This document shows, piece by piece, positions 1 to 9,436 of a stretch of DNA of 64,000 bases. Source of the stretch: a virus (taxonomy: Duplodnaviria; Caudoviricetes); the IMG/VR virus record IMGVR_UViG_3300037247_001786, positions 352,001 to 416,000 of that record; one strand, written 5' to 3'. The notes below the pieces were generated by a model. That model searched no databases. It was given only the letters and a program-made list of their open reading frames with translations, and had not been told where the DNA came from. Made by a program: the position numbers and the translations under genes. Each line of letters starts with the position of its first letter. The stretch's first letter is position 1.

Positions 1-26
1 TTACTTCTAGCAATAAGGATTACCAG

Positions 27-2567
27 TTGCCAGGTGGAGAGATGACAAATAGTTTGGCAATACATTACCTCGCCTATCATAGAAATGAAATAAGTGAAGA
101 ACAATTGAAAAGAGTTGAAGCTCTTACCGAGGATACAGATTTGCCCACTGATGAAGAATTAAAAGTCCCGAAAGGATCAGAAGGCTATAGTACAAAAGCT
201 GTAATAGACTCGATATACCCTCCACCTGATGAAGACTATTCAGTTGGTTTTAAAAATAGAGGAATGGGTAGGGGCGATTTTTGTGTCATGTCTAGAAATG
301 GAGAGGTCATAGCAGAAATAATTACAAACGAAAAGGCGGAAGAGAATGCTAATTTTATAGCTAAGGCTTGTAACGCATATGCAAAAAAGGAAGAAAAATA
401 AGATGGATAAAAAAGAGCTAAAAGAAGAGTTAAATAGAAGCCAAAAGATAGTTGAAGGTTTTAGGAAACAAGACAGCGATGCCCTCAGATACGGTAAGCA
501 GATAGCAAAAAGAATGATCGAAAGATATCGAGCGGTGCCTTTCGAGGCACATGGGAAAAAATATCATGATAAAGGAGGACTGCAAACTGATCATGTTTCA
601 AATGTTCTGTCTGAAATACTTTATCAGTGTTATAGTGAAGACAGAAAATGCGGGTGCCAAGAACTTCTTATGGAATGGATAATGGATAAATTCTGGGGCA
701 AAATAGTAATGGAATATATCCCTACATTTAGAGAGGTATGGCAATATTTACATGATAATAAATTTAATAAAAGAAGTAATGCTCTTTCCTACGGAGATGC
801 CGATGCAAGTATTTGGGTAGAATACCCGAAACAATTAAATGCATGGGAAGATAAAAGAAAAGTTGTTATACATAAATCTCATTGTAGCTGTTCGAAAAAC
901 AATACTCATATATTTATTTATGATGAAGATGGTCTTCCAGTTTGCAGGGGAAAGTTTAATGTCAGGACGGTTTGGAATAGAGAAGTTAATAGGGGAAACC
1001 ATTGGGGCGATGATAGGGATATTGAAGTCCCCTCTCTTAGTACCTATAGAAAAAGAAATTTTGAGTATAGCTATGGGGACGGTAGAGATAAAGGATATGC
1101 ATTAAGGCTCGACGATACATCTACACCAAGAGTAGAGTGGTCGATGCTTTATCAAAAAGAGATAGAACATGCCTTATATTTGATTAGTGCGATGAAAAGA
1201 GCGAAGGAAGAAAATGAATCCATTTAAATGTCCCAAATGCGGAAGTCAAAAACTTACAGTTAGTGAAAAATACCGATATAGTAGATATTTTCGATTAGAA
1301 GATAATATGTTATTTGGATTAACTGAACCAAAATGCGAAACTGCTCTTGAGACTTGGATTGATTGTAGCGACTGTAGGGAATTATCAGGTTACAGAGATG
1401 GACCCGGCCCAACAGAATGGATTGCAAACGAAGAAGAGAAAAAAATAATTTGGGATATGCTAGATAAGGCAAGTGAACCAGTTGATGTTTCTGAATTTTT
1501 AGAAAAGGAAGAAGAATGAAAATTATACCAAAAGAAGAGATTAAAAATGACGATTACTATGGAGAGATAGTCGAAACTCTTGACCTATGCGGTTTGAATC
1601 CCATATATATAGAAGATGAAAATGGCACATATAGATTTCAATCTAATTCTATTGTTAGATATCTTGTAGGTAGTAGCAGCCTTAATCTTATATGGGGCGA
1701 GGCTGGTGAAAAAGAATATTCTTTGAGAGAGTTTTTAGAACTATATATTCATATGGGGTATTCACTTGGAGGCTATCTCGAAATTTTTGGAGAGGCAATA
1801 GATAAGATATTAAGGATCAGTTATGACTACCATACGGGAGATCGTACTTCAAAACTGGGATATGATGAGGAGTCTATTAAGTTTTTTGATAAACCAGTAT
1901 ACGAGAGTAAGTAATGATATATCTACCAGAATTACCAATCAGTGTTAAGCATATGGTACAGAACTATAATGCTTGGATAGTAGGCAGTGCCGCTGATCCA
2001 AGTTCTACAATAAAACAAGTTAAAGACATAGACGTTATAATTTCTTTCAGTCTATGGAATAAAGTTGTAGGATTGATACCGGAAAATGCTACTAAGAATA
2101 ACTATGGAGGTTGGAAGTACGGTGATAACGGAAAGATAATAGATGTATGGCCAGATGAATTAAATCATTTTATGAGTTCTGATATGCCAAAATATTTATG
2201 GCAACCAAGATATAATATAAGATATGTAAAAAATAATTATTAAGGAGAAAATATGACACCAAAAGAAACAAGAAAAGAATTCGATATGCAAATAAAAGGG
2301 ATGCAAGTAATGATAATAGACAAGATAGAAGCATCTCTCACAGACGATATATTGATACTAGAAGAAGAGAAAAAAGTAGAAATAAATATAGATAGTATGG
2401 TAAGATGTAGTTTCAGTTCGAATATAAGAAACCTGTACAATAAGCGAAGAGCTGATACCATTGAATTTCTTAAAGAAACATATCAGAATCAAGAATGGGA
2501 AGTTGAGCAAAAGTTAACATCCCAAACTGGAGATGAGATAGCTCTTATTTTCAGTATCAAAAAATAA
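27..2567 (+). other. Run of closely packed hypothetical phage-type CDSs (27-401, 379-1227, 1214-1519, 1516-1914, 2253-2567)
   Basis: Abutting or overlapping + strand ORFs, several with upstream GGAG/GAGG sites; no recognisable family. Confidence 0.7.
1914..2243 (+). CDS. Small nucleotidyltransferase-fold (pol beta superfamily) protein
   Basis: AWIVGSAADP...KDIDVII and IDVWPD match the GS-x(n)-DxD plus third Asp signature. Confidence 0.55.
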   Translation: MIYLPELPISVKHMVQNYNAWIVGSAADPSSTIKQVKDIDVIISFSLWNKVVGLIPENATKNNYGGWKYGDNGKIIDVWPDELNHFMSSDMPKYLWQPRYNIRYVKNNY

Positions 2568-2570
2568 TGC

Positions 2571-2599
2571 TTGAAAGTGATTCCATAATATGTGATAAT
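2571..2599 (+). promoter_or_regulatory. sigma70-type promoter
   Basis: TTGAAA-17-GATAAT with upstream TG, ahead of a GGAG site and the 331-aa ORF. Confidence 0.65.
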
Positions 2600-2638
2600 A
2601 GCGTCAGTTAATATTATTCAATATGTAAGGAGAGTACA

Positions 2639-3634
2639 ATGTTTGATTTTTTAGGTTTAAAAAAGACCGGAACAACAGAAACAAAACAAGAGAGTAAACC
2701 TGTCGAAGTTTTAGATTCGATTGTAGATACATATGTCTCGGAGATACCAGAAATATCTGTTGACGTAGACGCAGAAAGACAAAGGCAAATAGAGGGTAGT
2801 GCTAAGGTATTAGACTTCTTTAGCAAAGAGTTATCCTCCACAACTTTTAATAATGAGAGAGAGGCTTTGTTGCAGAAAAAAAAGGAATATGAAGAAAAAA
2901 TTTGGGATCTCAAAATGACAGTATCTCAAAATGAGATTAACAAGTTGTATCCCAAAATAGATCTATCTTTTCTTTCTATGAAACAACCTAATAAAAATGG
3001 AGAAGAAGAGACAGACATATTTTCAAGCGATAAGATGAAAATAAAAAATATCATTTCTTTTACTCCCAAATTCTCTATTCATCAACTGGAAAAAAGAGGA
3101 AGCTCCTTCAATTTCCGGGCTTGTGAAATTGTTTTTGATATCGTCGGAAATGTGTCTAAAAAATATGCGATAAATGGAGTAAGCTTGCGAGCAGGATCAG
3201 TACATATTTTTGAACATCTTGTAAAAGTATATCATGATAAACAAGTAAAAATGATTAATGACACTGAGTTTCCTCGTTTTGGAGAGTCCTTACTGGGGGG
3301 AGCCAGATCAGTTAATCGTGTTCGTTGTGACTTTAATGTTCCAAGAGCAGGCGGTCGTAAATGGTTTCATCAAGATATATTATTCTCAAGCGAATTTAAG
3401 GGAATGATACCCTCAACCACCAAAAAGAAAATTGAAAAAGCGACAGATGAATTTGCTCGTCCAGATGGAACAGGATATGATGTCTACCTTATAAAAGAAT
3501 GTACCGACTGGGAAAGTAAAGCCATCACTAAAGACCCTCTTATAGTCGGAGTGTCTGGAGATCAAGCTTACCTTATCGATCATTTTGATTGTACCGATCT
3601 CGAAAAATATGTAAAACTAGAATTCGGAATATAA
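2639..3634 (+). CDS. Hypothetical protein, 331 aa
   Basis: Long ORF with own promoter and AGGAG RBS. Confidence 0.8.
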   Translation: MFDFLGLKKTGTTETKQESKPVEVLDSIVDTYVSEIPEISVDVDAERQRQIEGSAKVLDFFSKELSSTTFNNEREALLQKKKEYEEKIWDLKMTVSQNEINKLYPKIDLSFLSMKQPNKNGEEETDIFSSDKMKIKNIISFTPKFSIHQLEKRGSSFNFRACEIVFDIVGNVSKKYAINGVSLRAGSVHIFEHLVKVYHDKQVKMINDTEFPRFGESLLGGARSVNRVRCDFNVPRAGGRKWFHQDILFSSEFKGMIPSTTKKKIEKATDEFARPDGTGYDVYLIKECTDWESKAITKDPLIVGVSGDQAYLIDHFDCTDLEKYVKLEFGI

Positions 3635-3660
3635 CTGCCCCAACTTGAAAGGCAAGTAGG

Positions 3661-4438
3661 ATGAATACTTATGGTACGGTATATAGAGTAGAGAACGATG
3701 ACACCGGAAATGGTCCTTATCATTCCACTTCAACTGGGAAGTACAATTGGATAGTCTACGACAGAGTTCATAGAAAATCTTATCAAAAAAATCATCCTAT
3801 TCCATGGATGGATGTAGGTTTTAATCCCAGAGGAGAAGAGGTTTGTGGCTTTTCTTCAATCAAACAATTAAAGAAATGGTTTTGTAAGACCGATTTAGAT
3901 TTTATTTTAAGACATAACTTTTCCGTTTTAAAATATGAAAATGTTGTTATAGAGGGAACGAGTTCTCGTCAAGTTATTTTTTCGAGAAAAGGTAGAAGAG
4001 TAAAAATAACAAATATAACGAAAAGTTTTTTATAATAAGGCAATAATGAAATACGGAACCGTTTATAGATTAGAGAATAGCAGTAATGGCGGCGGACCAT
4101 ATTGCTCAAGCGTACCAGGTGGCTATAATTATGAAGTATATTGTCTCGTACATAAGAAAGGGATGCAGAAAAATCATCCAACACCAGAAAGAGATATTGG
4201 ACGAGAGACGGTAAAAGGGGAATTCTGTGGATTTATTTCTATTTCTCAATTAAAGAGATGGTTCTGTAAAACTGATCTTGAGTTTATATTAAGTCATAAT
4301 TTTTCAATTATGAGATATGAAAATGTCTCTATAGAGGCTGTTGGTAAAAGTCAATGTATCTTTAAAAAAGTAGATTATAAAACAAAAAAAACAAATATAA
4401 CAGATAGATTTCGGATAAAGGAAAAACATGAAAGCTAA
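3661..4438 (+). other. Two tandem paralogous CDSs (3661-4035, 4046-4438), hypothetical phage proteins
   Basis: Both share YGTVYR.EN..G.GPY, HP.P..D.G and CGF.SI.QLK.WFCKTDL.FIL.HNFS. Confidence 0.8.
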
Positions 4439-4832
4439 AGGTTTTACACTAATCGAGTTAATGGTAGTTATGTTGATTGTGTCTCTTCTGGTAGCGGTGG
4501 CTATCCCAGTTATAAGTGGGAAAGTACAGTCGAAAGTACAGTCGAAAGAACAAGTACCGCAAAAACAAAGTATTGCGATTGTTGAACTGAAAAACGATTC
4601 GTTACTGATCCATCAAAATATTAATTACAAGATAATATTAAAACCAGCATTTCAAGGTCCTAATGTAGATCTCTATTTAACAGAGATACCAGATAATGCA
4701 GAGGTAATTATCGAGAACGGTAGGTATTATTTGCTATGGACTCCGATGACAGGGAGTACTCTAAGGACTACTATTATTACGTCTGCACCAAATCTTATGA
4801 AAGAACAAGATGTAACTATATTTGTAAAATAA
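4428..4832 (+). CDS. Type IV pilin-like protein (prepilin N-terminal cleavage/methylation motif)
   Basis: KG/FTLIELMVVMLIVSLLVAVAIP is a canonical class III signal peptide with E5; contains a 12-bp tandem repeat AAAGTACAGTCG. Confidence 0.85.
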   Translation: MKAKGFTLIELMVVMLIVSLLVAVAIPVISGKVQSKVQSKEQVPQKQSIAIVELKNDSLLIHQNINYKIILKPAFQGPNVDLYLTEIPDNAEVIIENGRYYLLWTPMTGSTLRTTIITSAPNLMKEQDVTIFVK

Positions 4833-4990
4833 TTTTGCGAGAAAAATATGCTAAAAGTTAATTTAGAAAATGTAATAATATTATACGCCTATGACAAAGA
4901 TGGTGTATGCGATAAAGTTAAGATAACACAGCGAGACGGAAGTTGCCAATTGTTTCAAGTTGATGCGAATAATGAGATGGTACTAATAAT

Positions 4991-5527
4991 ATGAAGATAG
5001 ATATTAAACCTAATTTTATAGTAAATTCGCTTGAAGATATAATGGACTTATCAAAAGTCTACCGTTGTAAGAAACTACCAGATGCTATTAAACAAAATGT
5101 CATAGCTTGGCATAATAGCAGTAAGTATAAAGATAAACATTTGGTAAGGTTCGGCGATTGCACTAATGTATATGGAGCAACTTGTATTAAGTGCGACTGT
5201 AGTATGTGGGACTGGGGAGGATATGCAGGAGACACACAAACTATGTCTGACGAGTACTTCGAGCCATGTAAAAGGTATTCTCGTCATGGACTTATAATGC
5301 AACTATTGAAGGTAGTAGAAACATACGACTGGCAGTCTGATGCAGAATGGCTAAATGATGTCTTTGAAGAGTTTAAACTTACTACAGAAGAAGGTCGTAA
5401 ATTTTTCAACTTTTATAGTAAAAATAGGCAGTTAATAGAAAAAGATGAGAACGGTAAAATCATAGGATTTGAGAACCGTCCAGAAGAATATATAGATAAA
5501 AATAAGGAAAAGAAAAATGAAAATTAG
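4991..5527 (+). CDS. Hypothetical protein
   Basis: 178-aa ORF in + strand gene run. Confidence 0.7.
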   Translation: MKIDIKPNFIVNSLEDIMDLSKVYRCKKLPDAIKQNVIAWHNSSKYKDKHLVRFGDCTNVYGATCIKCDCSMWDWGGYAGDTQTMSDEYFEPCKRYSRHGLIMQLLKVVETYDWQSDAEWLNDVFEEFKLTTEEGRKFFNFYSKNRQLIEKDENGKIIGFENRPEEYIDKNKEKKNEN

Positions 5528-5993
5528 AGAAGGATTCGTATCAAACTCAAGCTCAAGTAGCTTCATCATCGGCATCGCTGTAGTCAAAGATATTGAAAAG
5601 TGTAAAAAATATATCGAAGATAATAAGATAGATCAAGATGTTATTATCAAAACATACAAAGAAATTAAAGAACAGAGACCTTACTATCTTGATACGATTA
5701 CAGATACAACTTTGGAGATAGAATCATTTGCATGTTCAACCGTATCAATAAATCCAGAAGATCTCAAGGATGAAGACAATGTCCTAATCTATTATTTCTG
5801 CGGAAATGAAGGAGGCTGCTGTTTTATGGAAGATTACGATGATGGAGAATATTCAGATATAGATTATGACATAGGCTATGACTTCTTCTATCAGGCACAA
5901 AAAAATGTAATTGATATGTTAGGAAGTGCAGAAGATGCAGGACTTAATAAAGAGCAATGTAACTATAGCTACGGTGCAGCAAGGAACGGATAA
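5517..5993 (+). CDS. Acidic protein with N-terminal MKIRxGFVSNSSSSSF motif
   Basis: Begins MKIREGFVSNSSSSSFIIG, a motif I recognise from many phage and bacterial hypothetical proteins. Confidence 0.75.
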   Translation: MKIREGFVSNSSSSSFIIGIAVVKDIEKCKKYIEDNKIDQDVIIKTYKEIKEQRPYYLDTITDTTLEIESFACSTVSINPEDLKDEDNVLIYYFCGNEGGCCFMEDYDDGEYSDIDYDIGYDFFYQAQKNVIDMLGSAEDAGLNKEQCNYSYGAARNG

Positions 5994-6434
5994 TGAGAGT
6001 AATTTTACAAGCCAAAGAAATACCAGAGGGGTCGATAGTTACCCTTCCAGGAATGGATCAGCAATATGTACTTCTAGATGAAGTTGAGGTGTTTTCTGGC
6101 GAAACTACATATGAGAATATGGTACAACCAGATTGCCTATTTATGATAGTGCCAGGAGATCTAGGTTCCTTAAAGGCTGTCCCTCGAAAAACCATGTTGG
6201 AATGGATAGTCTTAACAAAAGAAGACTATATAAAACTTAGAAATATAATCGTAAAACATTGTTAATTTTTGGGATTAGAAGAGGTTTCTCATGAAAAAAG
6301 TATGTATTACTCTTATTTTTATTTTTGTTATTGGTAGCCTAATAGTTCTACCGATAAGCTTACTCGTTTCTCTTAGCTTTTTTGCAGCTGGTTGCATATT
6401 CTCTATAATTTGTCCTAGATAATAAAAATAACAC

Positions 6435-6462
6435 TTGAAAGTGATTTACTGGTAGGTATAAT
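6435..6462 (+). promoter_or_regulatory. sigma70-type promoter for the radical SAM pair
   Basis: TTGAAA-16-TATAAT. Confidence 0.65.
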
Positions 6463-6469
6463 AAATACT

Positions 6470-7636
6470 ATGAAAGTAAATAATCAAGAAAAAAATATTA
6501 TGGATATACATAAATACTTGAGAAATAATTTGGGGCAAAGAAAAATGAACTATGCTGTAAGAGTAACTGACTTTTGTAATTTGGACTGCGAATACTGTTA
6601 TGCAAAAACAGATGTCCCTCATAATATGGACTTTAGGACACTACATAAAGTCATGGACAGAATATGCGAATACGCAGAAAAGGATGATGACAAGAATATC
6701 ACTATCAACTGGACAGGAGGAGAACCTTTCCTCCAAGGCGTAGATTTCTTTCAAGAGATAGTCAATATACAAAATGAATTAACAGATTACACTTTTGAGA
6801 ATGTCATACAAACAAATCTTACACTGTTGGATATGCATTTCTTAATCTTTTTTGATAATAATAATTTCAAGTTAAGAACAAGTCTTGATTTGCCAGCAGA
6901 GATTCATAATGAACGTAGAATTCGCGACCGGAAGTTTGATGGTTTTAAAAATACACTCGCTAAAATTCGTATACTTCAAACAAATGGTATTTCAATTAAT
7001 GTAAATACCGTCATCACAAGTCAGAATGTTCACAAAGCACAAGAGATATACGCATTCCTTAAAGAGAATAAGATAACAAGTTTTTCTGTTTCTAGGTTTG
7101 TCCTACAAGGCAATGCTTGCGACCACGAAGGACTGCTTATCGCGGAGCCTGGTCAATTCGGTAGATTTCTTATCGAACTATACGACCTTTGGAAAGCTGA
7201 TGTAGATGGTTGTCTTGAAAGAATTACCCCACTAGATAACCTCGAAAATGCTTGTAAATTCTATCTCGAAAAGATAGACTATGCCAAGGCTTGCTTCCAT
7301 TGTCAAGACCAGATATTTGCTATCGACCCGTATGGTAAGGTCTTTTCATCTTGTAATAAATTCTTGGCTCATAAGGATACTTGCTTCGGCGACATCAAAA
7401 CCGATACGCTCGAAAATATAATGAACTCGGAGAAGCGACAAGCCTTTCTAAAGAAGGTTACGAGTTCTACTGGTAAAGTATGCCCAACTTGTAAATATGC
7501 TCCTATATGTAAAGGTGGTTGTTTCTTCTTGGCATATACGGCGAAGTTAGATGGGAACTTGGATAGAGAAGATTTCTGCAAAGGTTACTACTTTGTATTT
7601 GAACATATCATTAAATATTTGGAAGGACAAGAGTAA
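6470..7636 (+). CDS. Radical SAM/SPASM protein (anaerobic sulfatase maturase-like)
   Basis: CNLDCEYC CxxxCxxC motif, WTGGEPFL, IVNIQTN-type motif, C-terminal CPTCKYAPICKGGC SPASM cysteines. Confidence 0.92.
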   Translation: MKVNNQEKNIMDIHKYLRNNLGQRKMNYAVRVTDFCNLDCEYCYAKTDVPHNMDFRTLHKVMDRICEYAEKDDDKNITINWTGGEPFLQGVDFFQEIVNIQNELTDYTFENVIQTNLTLLDMHFLIFFDNNNFKLRTSLDLPAEIHNERRIRDRKFDGFKNTLAKIRILQTNGISINVNTVITSQNVHKAQEIYAFLKENKITSFSVSRFVLQGNACDHEGLLIAEPGQFGRFLIELYDLWKADVDGCLERITPLDNLENACKFYLEKIDYAKACFHCQDQIFAIDPYGKVFSSCNKFLAHKDTCFGDIKTDTLENIMNSEKRQAFLKKVTSSTGKVCPTCKYAPICKGGCFFLAYTAKLDGNLDREDFCKGYYFVFEHIIKYLEGQE

Positions 7637-8706
7637 TGGACAAGCCCGTATTAGGCTCACTTAAATTAGCGTTAGGTTATGATTGTAATTTAAAATGCGG
7701 ATTCTGCCTGCAACAAAATGCCGACAAATCTCCGAAATTAGATTTTGCGGATGTACAGAAAATCATGCAAGAAGATATGGTCAAAAGTGATGTAAAACGC
7801 ATTACCATTACCGGAGGAGAGCCTACTCATGAACCGTATATAGATACAGCCGCTACAATTGTAGAATTGGCTAGTCGAATGGGAAAAGAAACTTGTATCT
7901 TTACCAATGGTGTTCTTCTTGATGACGATATGCTAGGCATGTTTAAGTATATGGGGCTTACTCGCTTCAGAGTTAGCTTGTACGACCCGATCGATTGGAA
8001 ATGGGTCAGAGACCTCATGAAGAGACTTAAAGCTCACGATTTCCCACGCATGGCTAAATATACAGTTACCAAAGAGACCATCGGAAACATCGATGAAGTA
8101 CTTCATAATGTAGCTAATAAAACTGGCATTGAGTGGTTCCAAGTAAAACCATATAACAGAATTGAAGTTCCAGAAGTTGATGCTCAATATGAACTTGAGC
8201 CTGATCAAGTATTTGAACTTTCAGCGAAACTTCTTAAGTTTAAAATGGAAGAGCCTCAAATCAAAGTTGACTTGCTCCCTCTCTGTTATGAGTTCCTCGT
8301 AGATAATACTATCAAGGCAGAGGATATTAGCCCTTGTAATTGTGGTCAAGGCAAAGAGGGTTATCTTGTGGTTACTCCAACTGGCGATGTAAAGATATGC
8401 GGTGCGTATCCTGTAGCTTTGGGTAACATCAAAACAGATACCATTACAGACATTTGGGAAAACCACCATCTTCTGAAAGAGGTAAGAACAAGAACTCAGC
8501 CAGAACAATGTAAAGATTGTGATCATTGGGAAAAATGTAAGAAGAATGATTGCCACTCAGCGACTTATGCGATGCATGGCGATTTCAAACATGGAAACCC
8601 CCAATGTCCTATCATCAAGAAAAAATATGCGAAATACGCAGGAAAAATAACTAATTTAACGCATGACGAATGGGATGATAAACTAGAGAGAATGGGAAAA
8701 ACATAA
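7636..8706 (+). CDS. Radical SAM/SPASM protein
   Basis: CNLKCGFC, ITGGEP, FTNG, GDVKIC...LGNI, CKDCDHWEKCKKNDC...PQC. Confidence 0.92.
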   Translation: MDKPVLGSLKLALGYDCNLKCGFCLQQNADKSPKLDFADVQKIMQEDMVKSDVKRITITGGEPTHEPYIDTAATIVELASRMGKETCIFTNGVLLDDDMLGMFKYMGLTRFRVSLYDPIDWKWVRDLMKRLKAHDFPRMAKYTVTKETIGNIDEVLHNVANKTGIEWFQVKPYNRIEVPEVDAQYELEPDQVFELSAKLLKFKMEEPQIKVDLLPLCYEFLVDNTIKAEDISPCNCGQGKEGYLVVTPTGDVKICGAYPVALGNIKTDTITDIWENHHLLKEVRTRTQPEQCKDCDHWEKCKKNDCHSATYAMHGDFKHGNPQCPIIKKKYAKYAGKITNLTHDEWDDKLERMGKT

Positions 8707-8959
8707 CATGAAGCCGGAACAAGTAGCTAAAAATCCTTTCTCTAAAGATGAACAAACAGCGTTAACTAAAAAAATGTATCATATTATAACAGATTGTGTT
8801 GTAGATGAGGTTATCGAAAAAGCTGGTTCTTGGGAAAATGTTAATGAAGTAGATTTACATAGCGGTATTGTCAATGGTTTCCGAGATATCTTGGGAAGAA
8901 TGACAGGTAAAAAACTTCGTCAAAGTATTCAAGAACTTAATATGGGAAAAGAATAAAAT

Positions 8960-9436
8960 ATGTGTCTAAGAACTAAACATACAGGAAAAGAAAAAAAAGA
9001 GTTAATGGAATCTCTCACTTTCCCATTAACAGCGTATAAAGTTGTCAGGAAGCCATACGGAGATGATATAATGTCATCAGGCGTATATTCAGAAACTAAA
9101 GGCACTAAATACGGACATGATAAAAACGAAAATAGACATAAAGTACAATTATGTGTAGACTATAATTTTCTGTTCTTTGACGGACCGAAAGAGTACTACA
9201 CATCTGGGTATCACTGCTTTTTAAATAAACAAGCTGCCATAGATATGCATAATTCTTTATATTGGAAGGATGAGTTAGAGATTTTCGAAATAGTTATTAA
9301 GTGTAAAAGTCATATAACAACTGTAGGGATGGAAATGGTGGAAGACCCCCGACACCCATATGATTATAACGACGTATATAGTAGTAAAGAAATAGTTTTG
9401 GTTACGCAACAATTTACTTTCGCGGAGAAAATATGA
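8960..9436 (+). CDS. Hypothetical protein, member of local four-copy family
   Basis: MC start, AYKVV, SGYHCF, IVIK..HITTVG shared with 12418, 12858 and 13696 ORFs. Confidence 0.75.
   Translation: MCLRTKHTGKEKKELMESLTFPLTAYKVVRKPYGDDIMSSGVYSETKGTKYGHDKNENRHKVQLCVDYNFLFFDGPKEYYTSGYHCFLNKQAAIDMHNSLYWKDELEIFEIVIKCKSHITTVGMEMVEDPRHPYDYNDVYSSKEIVLVTQQFTFAEKI

Noticed and set aside
6291-6420. RiPP precursor upstream of the rSAM pair
   Set aside because: The small ORF is a hydrophobic membrane-type peptide with no leader/core organisation
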